Below the pieces are notes generated by a model. The model saw only the letters and a list, made by a program, of their open reading frames with translations. It was not told where the DNA came from and ran no database searches. From an uncultured Armatimonadetes bacterium (GTDB taxonomy: Bacteria > Armatimonadota > UBA5829 > DTJY01), in the NCBI GenBank assembly GCA_963717145.1, contig OY970325.1:2848001-2912000 (forward strand): DNA of 64,000 bases. Direction: 5' to 3'. Of this stretch, positions 39,166-48,117 are shown piece after piece. Position numbers and translations under genes: made by a program. Each line of letters starts with the position of its first letter. The first letter of the stretch is position 1.

Positions 39166-40866
39166 CTATTTTTCACGAACTTGCGGACGATGAACGGGCG
39201 TCTTGAGCATCTCGCGAGCGTGAGAGACCGCCGTCTCGGTTGGAGTCACCCCGCCAAGCATCCGGGCGAGTTCCTCGACGCGCTCCTCATCTCCCAGCCG
39301 TCTGACCCGGACGACGGTTCGACCTTCCGCGAGCTGCTTCTCGATCTGGAAGTGATCCGCCGGCCTGCTCGCGATCTGAGGCAGATGTGTGATGCAGAGC
39401 ACCTGCGAGTTCCCCGACAGCAACTGGAGCTTGTCGGCGATGACTTCGGCGGTCCGCCCGCCGACGCCGACGTCGATCTCGTCGAATATGAGCGTTGGAA
39501 GCCTCTCCGCCGATGCGATCACCGACTTGATGCCGAGCATGATCCTGGACATCTCGCCGCCGGACGCGATCTTTGCGAGCGGCTTGACCGGCTCGCCGGG
39601 ATTCGCCGAGATCAGAAACTCGATCTTGTCTATACCCATCGAGTCAATATCCTTATCCTCGCGGGAGACTTCGAATGAAGCGCTGGGCATGCTCAGGCTC
39701 TCGAGTTCCTTGACGATCCGAGTCGCGAAATCCTTCCCGCCACTGCAGCGGATATCGGAGAGCTTGCGCGCATGTTCCACGGCCTCGGTCCTTACGCGCT
39801 CGATCTCCGCGGCCAGCTCTTCGGTGCGTTCCTCGCTGTGCACGAGGGCATCGAGTTTGCGCTCGATCTCCTGTCCGTACACGAGGACCTCCTCGATGGT
39901 CTCTCCGTACTTGCGCTTGAGCGTCCGGAGCAGGTCGAGCCGCTCCTCGACGGTTTCCAGGCGCTCAGGGCTGAACTCGACGGCGTCCCGGTAGCTCCGA
40001 AGCTCGCGGGAGGCGTCCTCCACCTGATAGAGCGCGGACTGCAGGCCTTCGACTGAGGGCTGGAGCTGCGGTTCCAGTGCCGCCAGATCCTGCAGGGCAT
40101 TCACGGCCTCACTGAGCTTGTCGAGCGCGCAGACATCCTGCGCTCGGTCGCCGATGGCCTCAAATGCCGTCGACGCGGCGGAATGGAGCTTCTCTGCGTT
40201 GGCGAGCCGGGTCCTGTCCGCCTGGAGTTCGTCTTCCTCGCCGGGCATCAGTCCGGCGCTCTTGATCTCCTCGATCTGGAACTGGTAGAGGTCTATCGAT
40301 CGGGCACGCTCGCGCTGGTCGTTCTCGAGCTGCGTCACCTCGTTCTGCAGGGCCCGAAGGCGGGCATATGCCTCACTGACGAGCGCGCGCTCCGTGAGGG
40401 CGTCCGGGCCGCACCATTCGTCGAGCATATCGAGGTGGCGCTCGGACCGAAGGAGCGACTGATGATCGTGCTGGCCGTGGATATCGACGAGGCGGTCGGT
40501 GATCGCTTTGAGCAGGGAGACTGTCGAGGGGCGTCCATTGATCCGACACTGCGACTTCCCGCCCCGTAGCAGTTCGCGGCTCACGATGATGCGCCCGTCT
40601 TCCGGGGCAAACCCGGCCTCATCGAGCGCAGACCTCCCCTCGATGTCCAGTGCGGTGACATCGATGACCGCCTCGATGATCGAGCGGTCACACCCGCTTC
40701 GGATCGCCTCCGTGTCGGCCCGCTCCCCGAGCGCTACGTTGATCGCATCCACGATGATCGACTTGCCCGAGCCGGTCTCGCCCGTGAGGATGTTGAGCCC
40801 CGGACCAAACGTAAGGTCGAGGCTGTCGATCACCGCGAAGTCTTTGATATAGAGCTGCTGAATCAT
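39166..40866 (-). CDS. recN: DNA repair protein RecN
   Basis: TGETGSGKS, IHGQH, ASGGE.SR, FDEID.GVGG, ITHLPQ. Confidence 0.97.
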   Translation of the reverse strand: MIQQLYIKDFAVIDSLDLTFGPGLNILTGETGSGKSIIVDAINVALGERADTEAIRSGCDRSIIEAVIDVTALDIEGRSALDEAGFAPEDGRIIVSRELLRGGKSQCRINGRPSTVSLLKAITDRLVDIHGQHDHQSLLRSERHLDMLDEWCGPDALTERALVSEAYARLRALQNEVTQLENDQRERARSIDLYQFQIEEIKSAGLMPGEEDELQADRTRLANAEKLHSAASTAFEAIGDRAQDVCALDKLSEAVNALQDLAALEPQLQPSVEGLQSALYQVEDASRELRSYRDAVEFSPERLETVEERLDLLRTLKRKYGETIEEVLVYGQEIERKLDALVHSEERTEELAAEIERVRTEAVEHARKLSDIRCSGGKDFATRIVKELESLSMPSASFEVSREDKDIDSMGIDKIEFLISANPGEPVKPLAKIASGGEMSRIMLGIKSVIASAERLPTLIFDEIDVGVGGRTAEVIADKLQLLSGNSQVLCITHLPQIASRPADHFQIEKQLAEGRTVVRVRRLGDEERVEELARMLGGVTPTETAVSHAREMLKTPVHRPQVREK

Positions 40867-40877
40867 CGTTCCACCGG

Positions 40878-40980
40878 AATGTTGATGGTTGATGGTTCAT
40901 GGTTCATGGCGGACGGAAGCCGGATTCCCATTAACCATTCCCCTACCCCATCAACCATAAACCATCAGCCATCAACCATT
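40878..40980. repeat. inverted heptamer tracts
   Basis: (GATGGTT)n then (AACCATC)n. Confidence 0.75.
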
Positions 40981-41847
40981 CTCGCAGTCAAATCTTCCGC
41001 CCCAGCGAAGCCTGCTCTGGAGCTTGTCGAAAAACGTCGTGTCGCCCACCTTGACGAGCCGCGCCTTGAACTCCGCCTCGCCGACGAGCACCTCGTCATC
41101 CTCCTCCAGATGCACGCCGACCTGGCCGTCCACCGTGAGCATGACCTCTTCGTGAATGTCGCCGCAGATCAGGACTTTGACTGTCTCCCGGCTCGACACC
41201 AGGAGTGGGCGAACGTTCAGGGTATGCGGACAAATGGGGGTGATGATGGTCACGTTCAGGTCCGGCGTCACGAGCGGTCCGCCGGCGGACAGGGAGTAGG
41301 CGGTCGAGCCGGTGGGAGTTGCGATGATGAGGCCGTCCGCCTGGTAGGCCGTAATGTACCTGCCCGAGACGTAGGTCTCCAGGCGGAGCATCCGGGCGAG
41401 CGGACCCTTCCCGATCACCACCTCGTTGAGCGCCGAGGCTTCCGAGATCGTCCGGCCGGCTCGACGCACAACAGCGTTGAGCATCGTGCGTTCCTCGACC
41501 TGATAGTCACCGTCGAGGACGGAGTTGACCGACGCCTGGGCGTTGGCGGGCTCGATGTCGGTCATGAAACCGAACCTGCCGAACCGGATCCCCAGCATCG
41601 GGACGCCCGCGGGCGCCATCATGCGGCTCGCGCGGAGGAGGGTCCCGTCACCCCCTAGCACGAGCGCGAGGTCGGCTGACACCAGTTCCTTCTCCTGGCG
41701 CGAGAGATGCGGGAAGCCGGCCACTCTCGCGGCGTCCGGCTCGATGACGACCCCGACCCCTCGCTCCTCCAGGTTCGGGACGAGCGTCTTCACCAACTCG
41801 ACGGCGTCGTGCTTCTCCGGGTTCAGTACGATTGCGATGGTCTTCAT
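40972..41847 (-). CDS. nadK: NAD kinase
   Basis: GGDGT, LNE, DGLIIATPTGSTAYSLSAGGP; extended -10 TGCTATAAT at 41879-41887. Confidence 0.95.
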   Translation of the reverse strand: MKTIAIVLNPEKHDAVELVKTLVPNLEERGVGVVIEPDAARVAGFPHLSRQEKELVSADLALVLGGDGTLLRASRMMAPAGVPMLGIRFGRFGFMTDIEPANAQASVNSVLDGDYQVEERTMLNAVVRRAGRTISEASALNEVVIGKGPLARMLRLETYVSGRYITAYQADGLIIATPTGSTAYSLSAGGPLVTPDLNVTIITPICPHTLNVRPLLVSSRETVKVLICGDIHEEVMLTVDGQVGVHLEEDDEVLVGEAEFKARLVKVGDTTFFDKLQSRLRWGGRFDCENG

Positions 41848-41920
41848 AGATGTAGCTCGATACGCTTCGAATCAGTTGATTATAGCAGATGCGCCCCGGC
41901 CTTACAACGACCGACCTACC

Positions 41921-43831
41921 TCAAGGAGGGGAACTGGTAACCAGCACCAACTCCGAGAGCTGCTGGTCGTCGCCCGTGAACTTCACGAAGAGCCGGCCGC
42001 CGACCCACGCGCCGAGATCCACCTTGTGCCAGGACCGATCGCTCTTCCCCGAGAGCACCATCTCCCACGTGACCCGGTCTCGCGAGACGAGCACCTGCCA
42101 CTCCTTCGCCTGATGCGCCCCCACGTTCAACTCCATCGTCGCCCCGACCGCCTTCGACAGGTCGAACTTGTAGGTCCACATGCCGTTGAACCGTACGCTC
42201 GGCGCAGCGCCGCTGCCCTCATTCTCCACCAGGTAGCGGCCCTCGGTGACGCTGTTCGCGAGGAACTCGATCACCCGTCCCTCCGCCATGCGCACCGGCA
42301 TCTCGATCGGCGCGAGAGGACGCTTGTCGGCCGACCCCTGAATCCGCAGTTCGGTCATGCCGAGCTTGGCGTTGGCGGGCACCTGGAACTTCAGCTCGAC
42401 ATCCGCGACCTCACCGGCCTTTACGGAGAACGGCTTCCTCGATCCCCCGAGCGAGCCGATGTAAGGTTCGAGCCGCACTTCCACCGGCCCGTCGGAATCG
42501 TTGTGCACCTTGATGGGAAGCAGTCGACGCCCGCCCCGGATCACATATGGCCGAGAGGTCTCCTCCGGGACGGACACGCTCAGCCAGACGTCCCTGCGGT
42601 AATAACGATCGCCGGGCTCCATGCGAGAGAAGGGCCCGGAGGAGAACGAGCCGTCCGAGCTGAGCACGAAGACCGGTTCCGGCCCGACCTCGATGCTGAG
42701 CGCCTTGACCGGCTCCGTGCCGCCGAGCCGCCTGATCTCCGTCCAATGCTTCTCCTTCGGCAGATCGAGCGTCGCCGTCCCCTTCCCCGGATGCCACGCC
42801 GCCAGGAGTACCTTATTGTCCGCGCTCTGGAACCGGTGACATCGAAGCGTCTCATGCTTGAGAGCGCCGAGATACTGATAATCGGAGAGCATACCCGTCA
42901 CCAGCCGGTACGCCTCGAACGCCGGCTTCCGAGTGCCATCTGGGCGGATGAGGCCGTGCCCCGGGCCGACCCAATCCTTCACGGAGAACCAGAACGCCTT
43001 GGCGACATCCATATCCCCGCACGTCAGGCTCGTGATCATCGCCTGCTGGAGGAGCCGCGCCTGGACCTCCTCCGTGATCCCTTTGTCGCCGGTCGACCAT
43101 CCGAGTTCCGTGAGCCAGATCTCCTTGTGCAGGTCGCGGCGCTTGTCCATCAGGTCGCGCAGATTGCGCAGTTGGAGGGTGAACCACGCGTCGTCGAACG
43201 TCTCGCCCCACTGATACGGGTGGACCGCCATCACGTCGAAGAAGTACTGGCCGCCGGTGTCGTAGACGCGCTCGATGAACGGGAGGTTGACGCCCGCCGT
43301 CCCGCCGAAGACGACCTTGCACTCGGGGTCGGCCTTCTTCGCGGCGACGTAGGCGCTCTTGAGAAGATCGGAGTACTGCTCGATCGTGCCGGTCCAGAAG
43401 CCGATGTCCGGCTCGTTCCAGACCTCCCAATACTTGACTTTGCCCTTGTAGCGGGAGACGACCGCATGGACGAAGTCGGTCCAGTCCTTGAGGGATCGGG
43501 GAGGCGCGCTGTTCTCGCCGTTCGGGCCGGACGACGCCCATTTCGGAGTATATCCGAGGATGACGAGCAGATCGACGCCCTCGTCCCTGATCCAGCCGTT
43601 GACCTCGGCATCGGCGTTCGTCCAGTCGAAGACGCCGCGTTCCTTCTCGACCGCGCCCCAGTCGAGGGCGGAACACCCTGCCCCGGCTCGGACCCACTTG
43701 ATCCCCGCGTCCTTGATACCGGGCCAGGAGCAGATCACGCCGAACGGGGACTCGGAGGTCCGGACGACATCGGCCGCCGTGGGAACAGCGAGTAGAACGC
43801 ACAAGAGTAGAACTCCGGACAACCGTCTCAT
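41921..43831 (-). CDS. secreted clan GH-A glycoside hydrolase (GH39/GH5-like) with C-terminal beta domains
   Basis: Signal peptide MRRLSGVLLLC; WEVWNEP, VHPY, IWLTELGW; extended -10 at 43856-43864. Confidence 0.8.
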   Translation of the reverse strand: MRRLSGVLLLCVLLAVPTAADVVRTSESPFGVICSWPGIKDAGIKWVRAGAGCSALDWGAVEKERGVFDWTNADAEVNGWIRDEGVDLLVILGYTPKWASSGPNGENSAPPRSLKDWTDFVHAVVSRYKGKVKYWEVWNEPDIGFWTGTIEQYSDLLKSAYVAAKKADPECKVVFGGTAGVNLPFIERVYDTGGQYFFDVMAVHPYQWGETFDDAWFTLQLRNLRDLMDKRRDLHKEIWLTELGWSTGDKGITEEVQARLLQQAMITSLTCGDMDVAKAFWFSVKDWVGPGHGLIRPDGTRKPAFEAYRLVTGMLSDYQYLGALKHETLRCHRFQSADNKVLLAAWHPGKGTATLDLPKEKHWTEIRRLGGTEPVKALSIEVGPEPVFVLSSDGSFSSGPFSRMEPGDRYYRRDVWLSVSVPEETSRPYVIRGGRRLLPIKVHNDSDGPVEVRLEPYIGSLGGSRKPFSVKAGEVADVELKFQVPANAKLGMTELRIQGSADKRPLAPIEMPVRMAEGRVIEFLANSVTEGRYLVENEGSGAAPSVRFNGMWTYKFDLSKAVGATMELNVGAHQAKEWQVLVSRDRVTWEMVLSGKSDRSWHKVDLGAWVGGRLFVKFTGDDQQLSELVLVTSSPP

Positions 43832-43873
43832 ATCGGCAATCCTCCCGTCGCCGGCATTATAGCAGGTTGCCGC

Positions 43874-44172
43874 GGGAAACACGAATGGGACGAATGGACG
43901 AATAGATGGGGAGATGGGATTGTGGTCTTCGGTTGGTTGCGGCGTCATCCGGTAGCTCATGCTCTCAAGGTAACGGAACACGAATGGGAAGGCGAATGGC
44001 TTGGGTTTCGGACCTTCGCATATTGGCGCTGCTCGTATTCTCCGCCCGGATTCGGTCTGTATTCGTGTGCCCCCACCTTGACACCATGACCCACTCGGGG
44101 ACAGCACGAGTTGTCGAAGGCCACGAGCCTGGTTTTCCCGATATTCGTCCATTCGTGCCATTCGCGTTTCCC
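43874..44172. repeat. MITE-like element with imperfect 31-bp terminal IRs
   Basis: GGGAAACACGAATGGGACGAATGGACGAATA and TATTCGTCCATTCGTGCCATTCGCGTTTCCC. Confidence 0.65.
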
Positions 44173-44185
44173 GAGAGATGAGCGC

Positions 44186-44214
44186 TTGACATTCCATACC
44201 AATTATGGCATTCT
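44186..44214 (+). promoter_or_regulatory. sigma70-type promoter
   Basis: TTGACA-N17-CATTCT with extended TG. Confidence 0.5.
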
Positions 44215-44254
44215 TGATGGGGGACGCGGCGCCTCCGACTGGCAGGGAAAAAAG

Positions 44255-45454
44255 TTGTTCGACGCACTCGGATACCGAAACTACCGGCTATATTGGAGCG
44301 GAATCTTTCTGTCCGCAATCGGTAGCTGGGTGCAGAATACCGCGCAGGGCTGGCTGGTCTACGATCTGACTCACTCCAAGCTCATGCTCGGCGTCGTCGG
44401 GTTCGTCGGCTCGCTGCCCGTGACGTTCCTCACGCTGCTGGCCGGCGTGCTGGCGGACAGGGTCGATCGCCGCAAACTGCTCTTCGGCACCCAGGCGGTG
44501 CTGATGCTTTCGGCGTTCATTCTGGGCCTGCTGACATCCCTCGGGGTCGTGGCAGTCTGGCACGTGATGATGCTCGCGCTGATGTCGGGCTTTGCATCGG
44601 CATTCGACATGCCGGTCCGCCAGTCGGTGGTGCCGACGCTGGTCGGGAAGCACCACATCATGAACGCGATCGCGCTCAATTCGACGGCGTTCAACAGTGC
44701 GCGGATCATCGGCCCGGCGCTCGCGGGGATCCTGGTGACGAGTATCGGCCTCGGCAAGTGTTTCTACGTGAACTCGGCGAGCTATCTGGCTTTCATCGCG
44801 GCAATCGCGATGATCCGGATTGAGACCTTCAGGCCCATCGAGCAGCAGCCGAGCATCTGGACCGATTTTCGATCGGGCCTGCGCTATGTCGTCGGCCACA
44901 AAACGGTTCGCAGTCTCGTGTGCATGGCGGCGGTCCCGAGCCTGTTCGCCATGCCGTATGCCATGCTGATGCCGGTCTTCGCCAAAGAGGTTCTCGGCGT
45001 CGGGATCGCGGGCCTCGGATGGCTGATGTCGTCGGTCGGCATCGGCGGGCTGGCGGCCGCACTGACCCTGGCGATGCTCAGCAAGTCCGAGCGCAAGGGG
45101 CTGATCCTGACGACGGCGTCATTGCTGCTTCCGGTGGTGCTGATCCTGTTCGCCAACTCGCACCACTTCCGGTGGTCGCAGTTGTTCCTCGTCGGAGTCG
45201 GGTTCAGCAATCTGGCGTACCTGGCAAGCCTGAACTCTCTGATCCAGAGCATCGTGCCGGACGAGTTGCGCGGGCGAATCGTCGGCATATACATGTTTGC
45301 ATTCGTAGGGCTCGCGCCGCTGGGATCGTTGGTGATGGGAGCGGTCGCGCAGGTGGTCGGCGCTCCGATGGCTTTGACGGCGGGCGGGATCATATGTGCA
45401 ACGTGCGCCCTGCTGGTGCTGATCTTCCAGCCGCAGGTGCGCAGACTGGCTTAG
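44255..45454 (+). CDS. MFS transporter
   Basis: RNYRLYW, GVLADRVDRR, FD.P.RQ, NAIALNS, LRGR; start codon (TTG) uncertain. Confidence 0.9.
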   Translation: MFDALGYRNYRLYWSGIFLSAIGSWVQNTAQGWLVYDLTHSKLMLGVVGFVGSLPVTFLTLLAGVLADRVDRRKLLFGTQAVLMLSAFILGLLTSLGVVAVWHVMMLALMSGFASAFDMPVRQSVVPTLVGKHHIMNAIALNSTAFNSARIIGPALAGILVTSIGLGKCFYVNSASYLAFIAAIAMIRIETFRPIEQQPSIWTDFRSGLRYVVGHKTVRSLVCMAAVPSLFAMPYAMLMPVFAKEVLGVGIAGLGWLMSSVGIGGLAAALTLAMLSKSERKGLILTTASLLLPVVLILFANSHHFRWSQLFLVGVGFSNLAYLASLNSLIQSIVPDELRGRIVGIYMFAFVGLAPLGSLVMGAVAQVVGAPMALTAGGIICATCALLVLIFQPQVRRLA

Positions 45455-45471
45455 AGACAACACCCGGAGAT

Positions 45472-46548
45472 ATGATGATTAGGAAGTTCGCGATCATTCT
45501 GTTCGTTCTATCGGCGTCCATCTCCCAGGTTATAGGCGCGGATACCCCGCCGACGGAATGGTTGGCGGACGGGAGCAAGATCGTCGTCGCGGCGAAGCTC
45601 GCCGAGGGACAGGGTCTCTACATCCTCGACCCCGAAGGCCGCAGGGACGGGTACATACCGTTCGCCCACGAAATACTTGCAGTAAAGTGGCCACACAAGG
45701 ATGAGGCCATGTGCCTTCTCGCCCGACAATCGGACGGCCGCTGCTACCTCTGGCTCGCGAATCCGACTGGCATCATCGCTCGGCTCTCCAACCGGTCCGT
45801 CTATATCGGCGATACACCGAGCGCCGACCTCTTCGATTGCTCTCCTGACGGGCGGTACATCGTCTTTCCATCCGGTTCGGGCGCCAACGTCGATCTCTGG
45901 CGCGCGGACACGGAGGGCCGCACCGAGAAGCAGCTAACGAACGCCAAGGGCAGAGACCTGAGCCCCGCATGGTCGCCAAACGGGCGATTGATAGCGTTCG
46001 AGAGCGAGAGAGGCGGGACTCGCGGGATCTGGGTCATGTCGCCCGATGGAGGCTCCGTCCGCCGTGTCGCAGACGGTCCTGATGCCGAGCGGTGCCCGAC
46101 GTGGTCACCGGCGAGCGACAGCCTGGCGTATCTCGTGAAGGGGAAAAGCGAGGGGATCTACGTCTCCCCCGTGTCGGGCGGAAAGAGCAAACCGATCGCG
46201 ATCGGCGGAAAAGGATATGCGGCGCCCGTGTGGTCGAGCACCGGCAAATGGATTGCATTCATCTACGGAAAGAGCCCGGCCAACATCTACTGCACCCCGA
46301 TCGAGAAGGCCAAGGGTTGGGGTCCGTATTATCAGACAACATTCGACCGCTCGAAGGACACTCGCACGCATCTGCGCGCGCCCAACTGGTCGCCTGCGTG
46401 TGACCAGTTGGTGTTCACGACCTTTGAAGACGGCAAGATGAGCATTCGACTCGCAAACATGTCCACGAGCTACGGCGCGGTATACCGAGAAGTCTACACG
46501 GCGACGGGAGCAGGTCCCGCCGGCAAATCGGGAGGCCGTGACAAGTGA
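45472..46548 (+). CDS. secreted TolB-like PD40 beta-propeller protein
   Basis: Signal peptide; repeated P.WSP.G..I.F units. Confidence 0.82.
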   Translation: MMIRKFAIILFVLSASISQVIGADTPPTEWLADGSKIVVAAKLAEGQGLYILDPEGRRDGYIPFAHEILAVKWPHKDEAMCLLARQSDGRCYLWLANPTGIIARLSNRSVYIGDTPSADLFDCSPDGRYIVFPSGSGANVDLWRADTEGRTEKQLTNAKGRDLSPAWSPNGRLIAFESERGGTRGIWVMSPDGGSVRRVADGPDAERCPTWSPASDSLAYLVKGKSEGIYVSPVSGGKSKPIAIGGKGYAAPVWSSTGKWIAFIYGKSPANIYCTPIEKAKGWGPYYQTTFDRSKDTRTHLRAPNWSPACDQLVFTTFEDGKMSIRLANMSTSYGAVYREVYTATGAGPAGKSGGRDK

Positions 46549-47624
46549 CCCACAGAGGTGTAGCGCCTTACGATAGGATTGTCCGGGATTTCAGGCAGTT
46601 GGATGCCTCGGAGATGCTGCGGACCACGTGGGATGTCGAGCGGCTGATCCACATGCAGTCGGTCCAGGGTCATGCACACGAAGGGCACTGCGCGTTCTAC
46701 GGCATCAAGTACCCGAACACGATGATGGACGACATCTCGCGGGCGCTTCGTCTCGATCCCGATGCCATTCGTGCGGACCGTCAGCGCCTGATCGATGAGA
46801 TCGAGCAGTACATCGACCGCGTCCTGGCCGGCGAGGAATTCCCGCCCCTGCATAACGATCGTGGGGATCCTCTGCTCAGTTCCGCCTCGCTGCGTGACCT
46901 CGAACTCTCCGGCAAGGAGGTTCTGCGGGGACTCTACGCCGGTGGCCTGCGCGACGACGCCGAAGTCCGCTTCGACATGGAATCCCGATACGGCATCAGG
47001 ATCGGAGGCGGGAAATGCTACCTGGTGAACACCAGGGTCATGGATAGCATGGATCTGAACGGTGACATCCTGGCCCACGGCGCCCATGAGGACATGATCG
47101 ACTACTACCGCGAAGTGGGTATGATCGTCGGCGACGAGGGTCCGGATGGCCCCAACGTCGAGTACATGTACATCCGGCATCGTCGAGGGCGAGGCGCTTC
47201 CGATGATGCGGCCATCCTGTTCGCCGGGATGCTCTGGGGACCGGGTGCGACTGTGGGAGCGTTTCTGGCGGATGCGGTCGATACCCTGGAGAAGCACGTT
47301 CCGGTCTTCGGGAATCAGGATAGCAGGCTTGCGCACAAGATCAGGAATGGCATGAAGGACTTGGGCGTTTCGGACGCGGACGTGAGGCATCTGACGTATC
47401 TGTCGGCAGTGCCGGAGGATGCGAGAATCGATGTCCCGGATAGCTCGCTCAGGTGTCTGCTCCTCATCGACCGCCAGCACGACATAACCGCGATTGAGAG
47501 CCACCTGCTATTCGTCGAAGGCAGGCGCTGTCCGCCCTGTCGGATAGGCCATGAAGAAGTCTCTAACAGAGATTTCTATGAGTACGCAGCCGAGCGCTTC
47601 CGGAGGTCTCCCGGGGCGCTGTAG
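46545..47624 (+). CDS. conserved hypothetical protein
   Basis: 359-aa ORF overlapping the upstream stop (GTGA). Confidence 0.75.
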   Translation: MTHRGVAPYDRIVRDFRQLDASEMLRTTWDVERLIHMQSVQGHAHEGHCAFYGIKYPNTMMDDISRALRLDPDAIRADRQRLIDEIEQYIDRVLAGEEFPPLHNDRGDPLLSSASLRDLELSGKEVLRGLYAGGLRDDAEVRFDMESRYGIRIGGGKCYLVNTRVMDSMDLNGDILAHGAHEDMIDYYREVGMIVGDEGPDGPNVEYMYIRHRRGRGASDDAAILFAGMLWGPGATVGAFLADAVDTLEKHVPVFGNQDSRLAHKIRNGMKDLGVSDADVRHLTYLSAVPEDARIDVPDSSLRCLLLIDRQHDITAIESHLLFVEGRRCPPCRIGHEEVSNRDFYEYAAERFRRSPGAL

Positions 47625-47637
47625 TATCCGTTCGTGG

Positions 47638-47958
47638 TCAATCGGTGATTCGGAAGACTTTGGGCAGTCCGGAGATCTGAAGTACCCTCAGCACCGCACC
47701 ACTCGCGCCACTGATGGTCACCTCACCGTCCTCGCCCAGGGTATTCCTGAGCCTGATGAGTACCTTGATCCCCTCGGAGTCCATATAGCTGACCTCCGAG
47801 AGATCCACCTGCACGTCCTTGTGCCCCTCGTCGGCTACTTCCTGTAGTCGTTCGCCCAACTTCGGCGCAGTCAGAGCATCGATCTCACCGCGCACCGCCA
47901 CAATCGGTACGCCCGCTCCGCTGTCGAGTTCCAGACTGAGATCCATGGTATCCTCCAT
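47638..47958 (-). CDS. STAS anti-sigma factor antagonist
   Basis: VRGEID, DLSEVSYMDSEG; promoter TTGACA-N17-TATCAT at 48025-48053 on minus strand. Confidence 0.88.
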   Translation of the reverse strand: MEDTMDLSLELDSGAGVPIVAVRGEIDALTAPKLGERLQEVADEGHKDVQVDLSEVSYMDSEGIKVLIRLRNTLGEDGEVTISGASGAVLRVLQISGLPKVFRITD

Positions 47959-48117
47959 GATCCGCTGCGCATACCACGAGCAGCAAACACCTCAACACGC
48001 TGGGCTGTCGGACTGAAGCGATACATGATAGCACATGCTCTCCTGATTGTCAATAGCCTGTTTTTACCCACACATTAGAAGCGGATGTAAACGTTAACAT
48101 CAGGGGCAACGCGAACC

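Noticed and set aside
41525-43795. 756-aa plus-strand ORF, and similar ones such as 55559-57022 and 58397-59551
   Set aside because: Antisense shadows of well-supported genes in GC-rich DNA
43832-44254. Long N-terminal extensions of the ORFs starting at 44197 (minus) and 44111 (plus)
   Set aside because: They run through a repeat element and promoters; downstream starts fit the signal peptide and family N-termini better
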